Positions 9,753 to 18,916 of a stretch of DNA of 64,000 nucleotides are shown here, in pieces. Below the pieces are notes generated by a model. It searched no databases. It was not told the DNA's origin and worked only from the letters and a program-made list of their open reading frames with translations. Every line of letters starts with the position of its first letter. The first letter of the stretch is position 1. Where the stretch lies: IMG/VR virus record IMGVR_UViG_3300011215_000001. One strand, 5' to 3'. The translations under genes and the position numbers were made by a program. The stretch is from an uncultured virus (IMG/VR IMGVR_UViG_3300011215_000001) (lineage: Duplodnaviria > Heunggongvirae > Uroviricota > Caudoviricetes).

Positions 9753-10612
9753 TGACAATTACATTAGACCCTTTAAACACACATCAATCTGGAACATTAA
9801 GCAATAACAATTTAACTATATCATGGATAGGAAATGCCTCATATGGTATTTCAAAAGCAACAGAAGGTAAATTAGTAGGTAAGTGGTATTGGGAAGTTTA
9901 TTGTGATAATTGTGTACATTTGGACACATATATTTATACTATGGGAATAATGGATAAAAATGATAGTATTACTGGTTTTTTAGGTAGAAGTATAACTGGT
10001 ATAGGGGTAAATGGTAATGGATATACTTCTGCAAATGCTTCAAGAAGACAAATGTTCGGAACTACAGAAATGAGTGAAGGATTTGGTACAAACAGTAATT
10101 TTAAAACAGGGACAGTGGTAGGAATATTAATGGATTTAGATAGTAAACAATTTTCTGTGTATACTGATGGAGTTAGACAAGGTGTAATATTTGATAATCT
10201 TCAAAACTTTGAGTATGTTCCTGTCATTGGAAATCAATCAACAGGAGTTAATTATACTGCACAGCTAACTATAAATTTTGGCGATACACCATTTAAGTAT
10301 ATACCCAAAGACTTACCTAAAGGGACTAGAGCATACAATGGAGATTTATTGTCTCATTATGTAGTATTCAAAAATAAAGAAAAAGGTAAGTTTTATTCTA
10401 TTGCTAACAATAAGTTTTTGGTTCATGTAGAGGACAATACAAATGACATTATTAAACATAGTTTGAAAAGAGATGAAGAGCATGTTTTAGATATACCTTT
10501 TAAAAATCACTCGTATATTTGTTCAAATCCTATCAAAACTTCCAATGGGAAAATATACTCTAAAACAATTATAAATAGCAATAGCTTTGAGATTAAGGAA
10601 GTGATGAAATAA
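9752..10612 (+). CDS. SPRY-domain tail adhesin-like protein
   Basis: TLDP...LSNNNLT, GKWYWEV, VVGILMDLD, INFG. Confidence 0.8.
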   Translation: MTITLDPLNTHQSGTLSNNNLTISWIGNASYGISKATEGKLVGKWYWEVYCDNCVHLDTYIYTMGIMDKNDSITGFLGRSITGIGVNGNGYTSANASRRQMFGTTEMSEGFGTNSNFKTGTVVGILMDLDSKQFSVYTDGVRQGVIFDNLQNFEYVPVIGNQSTGVNYTAQLTINFGDTPFKYIPKDLPKGTRAYNGDLLSHYVVFKNKEKGKFYSIANNKFLVHVEDNTNDIIKHSLKRDEEHVLDIPFKNHSYICSNPIKTSNGKIYSKTIINSNSFEIKEVMK

Positions 10613-11539
10613 ATGGCAACTGTTGAACAATTAATGTCACAGTATGGAGTTGCTTGGCTTAGTTTTGATGCTGTGGGCTCTATTACTGATAAATTAAGGA
10701 CTACTTATGGTGCTGTTTCTGGTATAACAAGGGTTGAAGGCTACAATGGAGAAGGAAATGCATTCTATTTTAATGGTAGTAGCTCGTTTGCAAATATGAC
10801 TACCAATGTAATACCTGTTGGTGAAAAAAGTATTAGATTTAAGATTAAAAGCATTGCTAATAATACAGAGGGTGTAATACTAGGCAATATGAGTGGGTAT
10901 GGACAAAAAGGACTTAGATTATATTTAACCACAGATAGAAAGCTATGTGCATATTTTACTACTGGTGGTGGTAATGCAAGTACAACCTATTCTTTAGTCG
11001 TTGAGAATAAAGAAATATTAAGTGATGATAAGTGGCATGAAGTGTTGTTTACTGTAGATAATCAAAAAGTAAGTAGATTTTACATAGATGGAAAATTAGA
11101 GGCAATAGGAGTAATAACAGTTATTGAATATGCAGGTTCTGCACCCCTACAGATAGGTAGAAGATACAGCTCTAACGATTTGTATTTTAAAGGATATCTT
11201 GATGAAATAGAGTTTTATAACAAAACTCTAACACCAAAAGACTTTGAAAATAAGAAACTTGCATTCAAAGCAGAAGATAATAAATATCTTGTACTATCTA
11301 AAGAAGGCAATAGGGTTAAGCATATTAGTGATGCTAGTGAATCTACACTAGTCAAGTATGGAGAATCAATTAATGATATTGATTATGCTACAGATAGGTA
11401 TACTCCATTTAATCTAAAAAGAAAAGCTACTGAGTATGAAGTAATTAATGACACAAATACAGCTCTTAGTACAGGTAAAATATTTACTGCGCCTATTAGT
11501 GTAGGATTCAAGACAGCAAATATTGAAAATAATGATTGA
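10613..11539 (+). CDS. LamG-like jellyroll tail adhesin-like protein
   Basis: FNGSSS...DDKWHEV...FYIDG...FKGYLDEIEFYNKTL. Confidence 0.8.
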   Translation: MATVEQLMSQYGVAWLSFDAVGSITDKLRTTYGAVSGITRVEGYNGEGNAFYFNGSSSFANMTTNVIPVGEKSIRFKIKSIANNTEGVILGNMSGYGQKGLRLYLTTDRKLCAYFTTGGGNASTTYSLVVENKEILSDDKWHEVLFTVDNQKVSRFYIDGKLEAIGVITVIEYAGSAPLQIGRRYSSNDLYFKGYLDEIEFYNKTLTPKDFENKKLAFKAEDNKYLVLSKEGNRVKHISDASESTLVKYGESINDIDYATDRYTPFNLKRKATEYEVINDTNTALSTGKIFTAPISVGFKTANIENND

Positions 11540-11555
11540 TAAAGAAGGTGAATAA

Positions 11556-12494
11556 ATGAGTGATATTGAGTTAATGAAAAAATATGGTGTCGCTTGGTTT
11601 GGTTTTGATGAACCTAGTGGTGTTGTAATAGACAAACTTGGAAATGGCTACATTGGAACTTTAACCAACACTCCACCTAGAGTTGCAGGTTGGAATGGAA
11701 AAGGGTATGCCTTAAGCTTTAATGGGAGCAATCAATATGTACAGTTTAGCAATAAATTTATACCTATTAATGAAAAAACTATTAGGTTTAAAATAAAGCT
11801 TCCATTAACAACTGCCCCAAATACTTTAATATTTGATACCTGTGGCTATGCAGGTGGGAACTATGGCATTTGGATTGCTAGTGTAGGTGGAAGGCTAGGT
11901 TTTTCTATGTTACAAGGTAGTGGGAAAGAAAATGCAATCTATTCTACGATGTTAAATGATGAAAAGTGGCATGATATTATGATTGTTGTCGAAAGTCAAG
12001 CTGATTCTTTGTCAATTATGAGAATGTATGTGGATGAAAAAATAGTGAGCAGTAGAAAAATGAATTTCTCACTTGTGCAGGATTCAACTTACAACCTTAG
12101 ATTAGGCTTCGACAATGATGGCAACACTGGTGGAACACTAGGTTATTTTAAAGGGCAACTTGACGATTTACAAATTTATAATAAAGCTCTAGCCCCTTCT
12201 GACTTTGGTTTAAAACGTTTGATATTCCAATCAGAAGAAAAACAAGTACTTTCCATTTCTAAAAATTCAAATCGAATAAAATCATTTTCTTCTGTCAATG
12301 AAGATATATTATTAAAATATTGTTATGAAATTAATGAAATAGATAATGCTGTTGATGCAGAACAATACATAGATTTATACAAAACAACAAAAGAATACGA
12401 AGTAATAAATACAGGCAGTACAAGTTTGGGGAAAGGGAAACTATTTACAGTTCCTTTAAATGCTCAATATAAAACTGCTGTGATAGAAAATTAG
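11556..12494 (+). CDS. LamG-like jellyroll tail adhesin-like protein
   Basis: LSFNGSNQYV...DEKWHDI...FKGQLDDLQIYNKAL. Confidence 0.8.
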   Translation: MSDIELMKKYGVAWFGFDEPSGVVIDKLGNGYIGTLTNTPPRVAGWNGKGYALSFNGSNQYVQFSNKFIPINEKTIRFKIKLPLTTAPNTLIFDTCGYAGGNYGIWIASVGGRLGFSMLQGSGKENAIYSTMLNDEKWHDIMIVVESQADSLSIMRMYVDEKIVSSRKMNFSLVQDSTYNLRLGFDNDGNTGGTLGYFKGQLDDLQIYNKALAPSDFGLKRLIFQSEEKQVLSISKNSNRIKSFSSVNEDILLKYCYEINEIDNAVDAEQYIDLYKTTKEYEVINTGSTSLGKGKLFTVPLNAQYKTAVIEN

Positions 12495-12499
12495 TAATT

Positions 12500-14878
12500 T
12501 TGGAGGTCAATACAATGGCTAATATGAAAGATAATTTAAGTAAATATGGTAAAGCATTTATTGGATTTGATGAAGCTAGTGGAAATGCTATAGATACTAT
12601 TAATGGTTATGTAGGAACTTTGACTAATTCACCAACAAGGGTAGAGGGGTGGAATGGCAAAGGGTATGCTATGAGTTTTAATGGCACTAATCAATACGTA
12701 CAGTTTAATAGCAAAGTTATTCCTGTTGGAGCTAAAAGTATAAGGCTAAAACTAAAAATAACAGGTGGCTATCCTGCAAGTGGAGTGTCGCAAAACATAA
12801 TAAATACATTAGGAGAACCTAATCAAAAGGGCTTTATTATCGAACTATTTGGTGACAATTTTGGAATTGCTTCTGCTAATGGAGATTCAACATCTTGGAC
12901 AAATGTAACACATTCTTTTATAGTTCAAGTTCCTAAAACAACTTTAAATTTAGCTGACAATAAGTGGCATGATATTTTGTTTACATGGGATGGGACATTG
13001 AACCCTAATTCTGTAAAACTATTTATAGATGATATGACTAACCCCATTGCTCTAAGTCAAGCCAAAAACTTAGAGACTTCATATGTCAATAATTTAACAC
13101 TTGGAAAGTGGGCAGGAGCAGGAAACTATTCATTTTTTAATGGTCAACTAGATTCCATAGAAATATACGATAGAGTTATCTCTCCAATACCAGATAAATA
13201 CCTCATTCAACACAATGGACAATATAAATACCATGATGGAAGTTCATGGATAACTACAACTCCAACAGAAACAAACTTCTTGTTATATGGTATGGAAAAC
13301 TTAGACCACATAAAAGAAGCTCAATGGAAAGAATTAGTTGGTTCAAAAGTAGTTGCAATGTGGACAGATTTTGAAGATAAGACTGACATAAGTGTTGTTT
13401 TAAATATAGAAGAAACTACATATAAAGATATTTTAGGTGATGAATTTGATGTTCTCTACTATACTCAGAACGATGTTGACCAAATAATTGTTAGTGAGGA
13501 AGTTGAGCCATTCAGTGTTTATGATTATATTGGTGAACTTCCAGAAGTTCATGTTTATACAGAGTTACCTAACGATATTGAAGTGGCTACTACTGTAGAA
13601 CCATTTGAAATCTATGATGAATTCGGAGATACATTAGATGTTCTGTATTATACTGATGAAGAAACTGTAGATTCAGCTAATTTAATTGTTACTTCAAATC
13701 ATTCACCTTTAGATGATTTAGGAGATGAATTTGATGTTGTGACATGGACTGATACAGAAAAAGAAACATCATGGTATGATTTGCAGTTAGACATAGGAGC
13801 ATTACCTTTTGGACAATTAGTAATTCCTAAAAAGGCAATTTCAACATTTGGTAGGGTAGATGGTATCTTGCTTGATGAAAGGTATAAAGGTTTTAAAGGT
13901 ATAATGAAGACCTTAGTTTCTTTTGATGATGGTGTAAACTGGTATACATATGATTATGAATATGCTAGGTTCTTAAGAGTTCAACCTACAATTCAAAACT
14001 TCTTGGAATATGGTATGAACAAAGACCAAATAAATAACATACCTTCTGAGCAATTAAACGCAATAAGTAGGTCTGAAATGTTGAGCATTGGCTACTATAT
14101 TGATGAAGGATATAGGGATGATTTAGAAACAATTGTTGAGAAAACTTCATTACATAAAGAGGCAGTAGACAATACTCCAACTATAAAAGACATGGCTTTG
14201 TATGTGTTAAATACAACTGCAAGTATTAGTATAGATTTTGATAACAATGTTCTCAAAGGGCAAATATCAGATGATGACAAGACACATTTACAGTACAGAA
14301 TATTGTTGAACAATATACCTTACTACCCAATTGATGGTACATTCACTAAGCTAGAAGGCTCACCAAATGATTTACATTTTAACTTAGATACAAGTAAAAT
14401 CAATGTAGGTGTCGAGAATGAAATTGCAGTAGAATTCAAAGATGGATGGGGAACAGAGGATAGATGGGTTGCTAAATTTATTGGTCAATATGTTGGATTA
14501 ATATTTAAAGACCCTTCTGGAAAAGCATATTCTACAGATGTAGGGGTTGTATTGCAATATCTCAACCTTGGTACATTAATTGCAGGTCAAACAACTACAG
14601 AATATCAAATAAAAATCCATAATACTTTTGGATATGACATAAAAAACCTTACACTAGAAGGTAACACTAATAAAGAAGGCATAAATATTCTATTGTCTAA
14701 ACAAAAAACACCTTTCGAGGAAAAAAGAAAATTAGAATATGGCGAGCAACTTCTAAAAACTGGTGAACAGTTTGAATTCTACTTAAAAGTAAATACTGAA
14801 TTTGGTACTACACCTACAAATGGAGTGGTATTTGAAGTAAGAGCTTATGGTGATAGAGTAGAAGGAGCTACTACATAA
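12500..14878 (+). CDS. Large LamG-domain tail protein with acidic internal repeats
   Basis: N-terminal LamG; four (L/I/F)G(D/E)...V..(Y/W)T repeats. Confidence 0.75.
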   Translation: MEVNTMANMKDNLSKYGKAFIGFDEASGNAIDTINGYVGTLTNSPTRVEGWNGKGYAMSFNGTNQYVQFNSKVIPVGAKSIRLKLKITGGYPASGVSQNIINTLGEPNQKGFIIELFGDNFGIASANGDSTSWTNVTHSFIVQVPKTTLNLADNKWHDILFTWDGTLNPNSVKLFIDDMTNPIALSQAKNLETSYVNNLTLGKWAGAGNYSFFNGQLDSIEIYDRVISPIPDKYLIQHNGQYKYHDGSSWITTTPTETNFLLYGMENLDHIKEAQWKELVGSKVVAMWTDFEDKTDISVVLNIEETTYKDILGDEFDVLYYTQNDVDQIIVSEEVEPFSVYDYIGELPEVHVYTELPNDIEVATTVEPFEIYDEFGDTLDVLYYTDEETVDSANLIVTSNHSPLDDLGDEFDVVTWTDTEKETSWYDLQLDIGALPFGQLVIPKKAISTFGRVDGILLDERYKGFKGIMKTLVSFDDGVNWYTYDYEYARFLRVQPTIQNFLEYGMNKDQINNIPSEQLNAISRSEMLSIGYYIDEGYRDDLETIVEKTSLHKEAVDNTPTIKDMALYVLNTTASISIDFDNNVLKGQISDDDKTHLQYRILLNNIPYYPIDGTFTKLEGSPNDLHFNLDTSKINVGVENEIAVEFKDGWGTEDRWVAKFIGQYVGLIFKDPSGKAYSTDVGVVLQYLNLGTLIAGQTTTEYQIKIHNTFGYDIKNLTLEGNTNKEGINILLSKQKTPFEEKRKLEYGEQLLKTGEQFEFYLKVNTEFGTTPTNGVVFEVRAYGDRVEGATT

Positions 14879-14901
14879 AATCCAATACAATGGGTTAGGA
14901 G

Positions 14902-16869
14902 ATGATTATATTGAGTGGCTTTTTAACACCTAGCAACTTAAATATTTATAGCAGTGATAATGATAACGCAATAATTCATGAAGATGGAACAATTGTATAT
15001 GAAGGAAACAGAGACTTAGATGGTGTTATTCTAGCCATTGAACATACTGTTATTGAACCAATAGATGACTACAGTGATTTATTGGTTCAGTTTTATATTA
15101 AACCTCGCAATAGCATGAAAGGTACTTTTAATCATATAGGGGCAAGTGACAGTACGCTTGATACTAAGTTATTTGCAAGGTCGCATGGTGATAGTGATTT
15201 AGATTCAAGAATAGTTATTAGAGCATATGAAGAAAATGATTTTGATGCAAATTACTTTGTAACATATAGAGGTAACTCAGACTTAGAAGCTTATATGATG
15301 CCTATATCTGCTGATATACTAGATGCTGTACTTGATGTTAGACCATTCACCTATATGCTTGGTACATTCGATTTAATAGAACCACCTAGAATCAATGAAA
15401 ATCTGATACCTAATAAAGATGCTGTAACACGTAGCAGTGTAGAAAACAGATTTGTTAACTTTGGTAATAATGCTACAATGCTTGTAGGTAGAGACACAAA
15501 TGCTAATGAATCGCTTCAATCTTTCTTGCAGTTTGATTTATCAAGATATGCTAAAACAACTAAGTTTACAAAAGCAGTTTTAAAACTGTATTATTCATAC
15601 CAAATTGACGAAGATAATTTAGAGTTAAAATTAATTGATACATTTTGGGATGAGTATGGTATTACATACGAAAATAAACCAACAGGAAAAGATTTAATTT
15701 CTAACCTATATACAGTTAACGCAAATGAATATTATATAGAATTTGATTTGTTAGAATATGTAGAAGGGGTAATGAGTGGAAGTGTACCAAATGAAGGTCT
15801 TATTCTTGACTCATTGGACTCTAAATCATATACATTCTTCACAAAAGAATCTAGCAAAAAACCATTGCTTCAACTAGAGTATTATGATACTAGAATTTGG
15901 AGTACAGGGGATTCAGATTTAGAAGGTGTATTCTTCCACTTTGCAAGAGGGGAAATAGACTTATCAGCAAAATTAAAGGTAAAAGAAACATTCGATACTG
16001 AGGATTTAAATTCTATACTGTTTATTCATAGATATGATACACCAGTAGATAGATACTTAGACGCTAGATTAAGCGTAACAAATCCAGATTTGAACGCAAA
16101 GTATACAGTAAGACAATCTGACTATAGTGATTTAAACGCTAAAATGGTTGTTTATATTAGTGGAGAAAGATTCTTAGATGGTAATTTAGGTGTAACAATA
16201 CCAGACTTAGATGCTAAAATCTACATTAGACCAAGTGAAGATTTAGAGTGTAAATTGACTGTGAGAGCATTTGAAAAGAATTATCTTGATGGAGATATCA
16301 TCTCAAGTACTCCAGAGCTTAATTCAACTTTACTAGTTAGATACAGAAATGACTTAAATGCCATTTTATCTGTTCCAATGTATGAAGATAAAGATTTTGA
16401 TTCATCATTTGGTATAACTAATCCAGACCTTAATGCAGAAGTGTTTGTTAGATATTACAGAGACTTTGAATGTATACTTTACTGTGAAGGTGTAGTAGTA
16501 AATGAGATTGATGCAGAGCTAACAGTAAATACTCCAGAACTAAACTCAACTCTTTACGTTAGATATAATGAGGATTTAGATTCTACACTTTCTGTAACAT
16601 ATGGTGGCGAAGATGGGCTTCAATCTAAATTAAGGAATTCTACACCAGAACTAGAAGCTAAAATGATGGTTTACTCTTCAAGAGATTTTGAGGCTAGGGT
16701 AGGGGTAATAACACCAGAATTAAATGCAATTCTATTACCTAGAATCCTTCTAGAAGAAGACTTTGAGGGTCGCTTAATGCCAAGGGTTATTGGTGTATCT
16801 GACTTAGAATGTATATTACTTGCAGAAAATGAAAGAAGAAAAGATGAGGCATACTACTTTATCATGTAG
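14902..16869 (+). CDS. DNRLRE (CBM96-like) domain protein with acidic repeats
   Basis: SFLQFDLS..KAVLKLY..WDEYGITYENKP..FFTKES..P.L.LEY; many DL...L.V / PEL repeats. Confidence 0.7.
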   Translation: MIILSGFLTPSNLNIYSSDNDNAIIHEDGTIVYEGNRDLDGVILAIEHTVIEPIDDYSDLLVQFYIKPRNSMKGTFNHIGASDSTLDTKLFARSHGDSDLDSRIVIRAYEENDFDANYFVTYRGNSDLEAYMMPISADILDAVLDVRPFTYMLGTFDLIEPPRINENLIPNKDAVTRSSVENRFVNFGNNATMLVGRDTNANESLQSFLQFDLSRYAKTTKFTKAVLKLYYSYQIDEDNLELKLIDTFWDEYGITYENKPTGKDLISNLYTVNANEYYIEFDLLEYVEGVMSGSVPNEGLILDSLDSKSYTFFTKESSKKPLLQLEYYDTRIWSTGDSDLEGVFFHFARGEIDLSAKLKVKETFDTEDLNSILFIHRYDTPVDRYLDARLSVTNPDLNAKYTVRQSDYSDLNAKMVVYISGERFLDGNLGVTIPDLDAKIYIRPSEDLECKLTVRAFEKNYLDGDIISSTPELNSTLLVRYRNDLNAILSVPMYEDKDFDSSFGITNPDLNAEVFVRYYRDFECILYCEGVVVNEIDAELTVNTPELNSTLYVRYNEDLDSTLSVTYGGEDGLQSKLRNSTPELEAKMMVYSSRDFEARVGVITPELNAILLPRILLEEDFEGRLMPRVIGVSDLECILLAENERRKDEAYYFIM

Positions 16870-16884
16870 TAGCACTAAAGCTAA

Positions 16885-16902
16885 ATAAAATGTCAGTTTC
16901 AT
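16885..16902 (+). promoter_or_regulatory. Element B copy (ATAAAA-TGTCAG-TTTCAT)
   Basis: 18/20 identical to 4946-4965. Confidence 0.55.
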
Positions 16903-16903
16903 T

Positions 16904-16960
16904 GAGATATTGCAAAACGAGAAACCTAGTTTTTCATTGCAATATCTCTTTTAGTTTTTT
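16904..16960 (+). terminator. Intrinsic terminator
   Basis: GAGATATTGCAA / TTGCAATATCTC followed by a T-rich run. Confidence 0.65.
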
Positions 16961-17458
16961 ATGCCATTTAGTGATATTTTCAATCTTTTAATGACTTTTA
17001 TAAATAGAGGGTACAAAGGAGATTTGTCATGCGAAAGGGGAATACTAATGAATTTAAAGATAATTCCAATTGAGTTGTTTTTTGCGGTACATATTTTTCT
17101 ACTAGGAATAATCTTGATGCTACCCACAAAAACGATGTCTAGTGTTGGACATGACTTGGAATCAATATTAAATCAATCTGACATTAACTTTGCAATGGGT
17201 CTTCTTTGTGTAGTTATTGGTTTAGTACAGTTTTTTCTATTATTGAAAAAGCGAGATAGGCATAAAGCTTTGATGCTTTCAATCAATGTGTTTGTTTATT
17301 CATACATTGGAACGATTTATTTGATTTTCGGACTTTCCAACCAAAGTTACGATAGTAGATTCATATACATATTCGTTTCTGGGCTCGTATTGTGGCTAGC
17401 TTATACAATAAGAAGTCAAAGGGTGATGAATAATGATGAACACACAAGTATTCAATGA
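16961..17458 (+). CDS. Multi-pass membrane protein, holin-like (start probably 17048)
   Basis: About four hydrophobic segments; upstream of the endolysin. Confidence 0.5.
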   Translation: MPFSDIFNLLMTFINRGYKGDLSCERGILMNLKIIPIELFFAVHIFLLGIILMLPTKTMSSVGHDLESILNQSDINFAMGLLCVVIGLVQFFLLLKKRDRHKALMLSINVFVYSYIGTIYLIFGLSNQSYDSRFIYIFVSGLVLWLAYTIRSQRVMNNDEHTSIQ

Positions 17459-17837
17459 TATGTTGGGCGTAATTGTACCTGCTGTTGTAGGTTTAGTTAG
17501 CTCAGTAACAACATATCTAGTAGCCAAAAGTGGCAACTCTAAAGATGTAACTCTTACTCAACGCTCTTCTTTATCTGAGGATGAAATTAGTTTCCGAAGC
17601 GAACTTAAGGAAATGATTAATGCTCAAAAGGTTGAACTTGAAGGTGCTAGAAATGAGATTAAAGAACTTCGAAAAGAAGTCGCAGACCTACATAAAACAA
17701 ATCTGACTTTGACTCTAGAGAACAGAACTCTACAAGAAAAAGTTGATGAGTTTGCATTAGAAAATAAAAACCTTCAAGAAAAAGTTGATGAGTTAAAAAC
17801 TGAGTTACAGCACTTTAGAAGAAAAGGAAGCAAATGA
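17433..17837 (+). CDS. Single-TM plus coiled-coil lysis-cassette protein
   Basis: N-terminal TM segment, heptad-rich C-terminus. Confidence 0.5.
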   Translation: MMNTQVFNDMLGVIVPAVVGLVSSVTTYLVAKSGNSKDVTLTQRSSLSEDEISFRSELKEMINAQKVELEGARNEIKELRKEVADLHKTNLTLTLENRTLQEKVDEFALENKNLQEKVDELKTELQHFRRKGSK

Positions 17838-17856
17838 GTGTCTTATGACACTCTTT
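17836..17856 (+). terminator. Small hairpin terminator
   Basis: GAGTGTC-TTAT-GACACTC-TTT. Confidence 0.45.
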
Positions 17857-17882
17857 AATTCTTTTATGAAAGGAATGATAAT

Positions 17883-18548
17883 ATGAGTACATTTAAAATG
17901 TATTATGACAAAAGGAATAGGGATAATATCGCCAAGTTAGCTGATAATACTAAGTTAGCAACAATGAAGTGGTATGAATATTGCGTAGAAAATCAAATTG
18001 AAATTTTGATTTACGAAACTATAAGAACTCTCGCACAGCAAAAGATAAATGTCGCCAATGGTAAATCTCAAACGCTTAAATCATACCACCTTGTAGGACA
18101 AGCATTAGATTTCGTGCCTGTAGACAGTAAAACAGGTGCTACTTTATGGAATGGTTATGGTACTCCATCTATAAAAAAAGCTGTAGCAAAAGCTAAATCA
18201 TTAGGGTTTGAATGGGGTGGGGATTGGTCTAGCTTCGTAGATAAGCCTCATTTGCAGTACAATTACAAAGGCTATGGAAAAGATACTTTTGGTAAGTTAA
18301 ATATTTCAGTAGAAGATAAGGGGGAATTGACTATGACTCAATATACAGAACTTAAGGCAGAAATTGAAGCACTAAAAAAACAGGTTACTATGCCAGAGAG
18401 AGCAGTTTCAGCAACACATAAAACTGCTTGGGAATGGGCTAAAAAAGAAGGTTTAGTAGATGGTTCTAATCCTCAGAACTATGTAACAAGAGAGCAGATG
18501 GCAACTATCTTACATAGATATCATAATAAATATGTAAATAAGAAATAA
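17883..18548 (+). CDS. Endolysin, M15 L-alanyl-D-glutamate peptidase with SLH-like C-terminal motif
   Basis: ETIRT..QQ, SYHLVGQALD, EWGGDW..FVDKPHLQ; WAKKEGLVDG.NP...VTREQMATIL.R. Confidence 0.9.
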   Translation: MSTFKMYYDKRNRDNIAKLADNTKLATMKWYEYCVENQIEILIYETIRTLAQQKINVANGKSQTLKSYHLVGQALDFVPVDSKTGATLWNGYGTPSIKKAVAKAKSLGFEWGGDWSSFVDKPHLQYNYKGYGKDTFGKLNISVEDKGELTMTQYTELKAEIEALKKQVTMPERAVSATHKTAWEWAKKEGLVDGSNPQNYVTREQMATILHRYHNKYVNKK

Positions 18549-18578
18549 ATACTTAATAAAATATAGGAGTGATTAGTT

Positions 18579-18872
18579 ATGGATAATATTATTGAGTTGT
18601 TTTCTAATAATGCACCAGTAATTGTAACAGTTTTGGTAGCCATAGCTATTTTTGTATATGCATATAAAACGAAAAAGCTTGAAGTAACAGGCTTTTTCAA
18701 GTTATATCTTAAATCCAACAGTGGGAAGATAGCTAAAGAACTACATAAAAAACTACCAGATAAAATAGAGAAATTAGTTGATGTTAATGATATAAAAAAT
18801 ATTATTGATTTAGCAATCGATGAATTAATCGAATTCTTAGAAAAAGACTTCGAAAAAGCTAAGAAGAAATGA
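18579..18872 (+). CDS. Single-TM holin-like protein
   Basis: One N-terminal TM segment, basic C-terminus, follows the endolysin. Confidence 0.45.
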   Translation: MDNIIELFSNNAPVIVTVLVAIAIFVYAYKTKKLEVTGFFKLYLKSNSGKIAKELHKKLPDKIEKLVDVNDIKNIIDLAIDELIEFLEKDFEKAKKK

Positions 18873-18915
18873 AAAAGAGGGTATGTACTATTAAAGTGCA
18901 TACCCTCTTTTTTTT
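18872..18915. terminator. Bidirectional terminator at the +/- convergence
   Basis: AAAAAGAGGGTATG..CATACCCTCTTTTTTTT. Confidence 0.85.
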
Positions 18916-18916
18916 G

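Noticed and set aside
5014..16869. Diversity-generating retroelement or shufflon acting on the adhesins
   Set aside because: No reverse transcriptase, TR/VR pair, invertase or inverted gene fragments seen in the window
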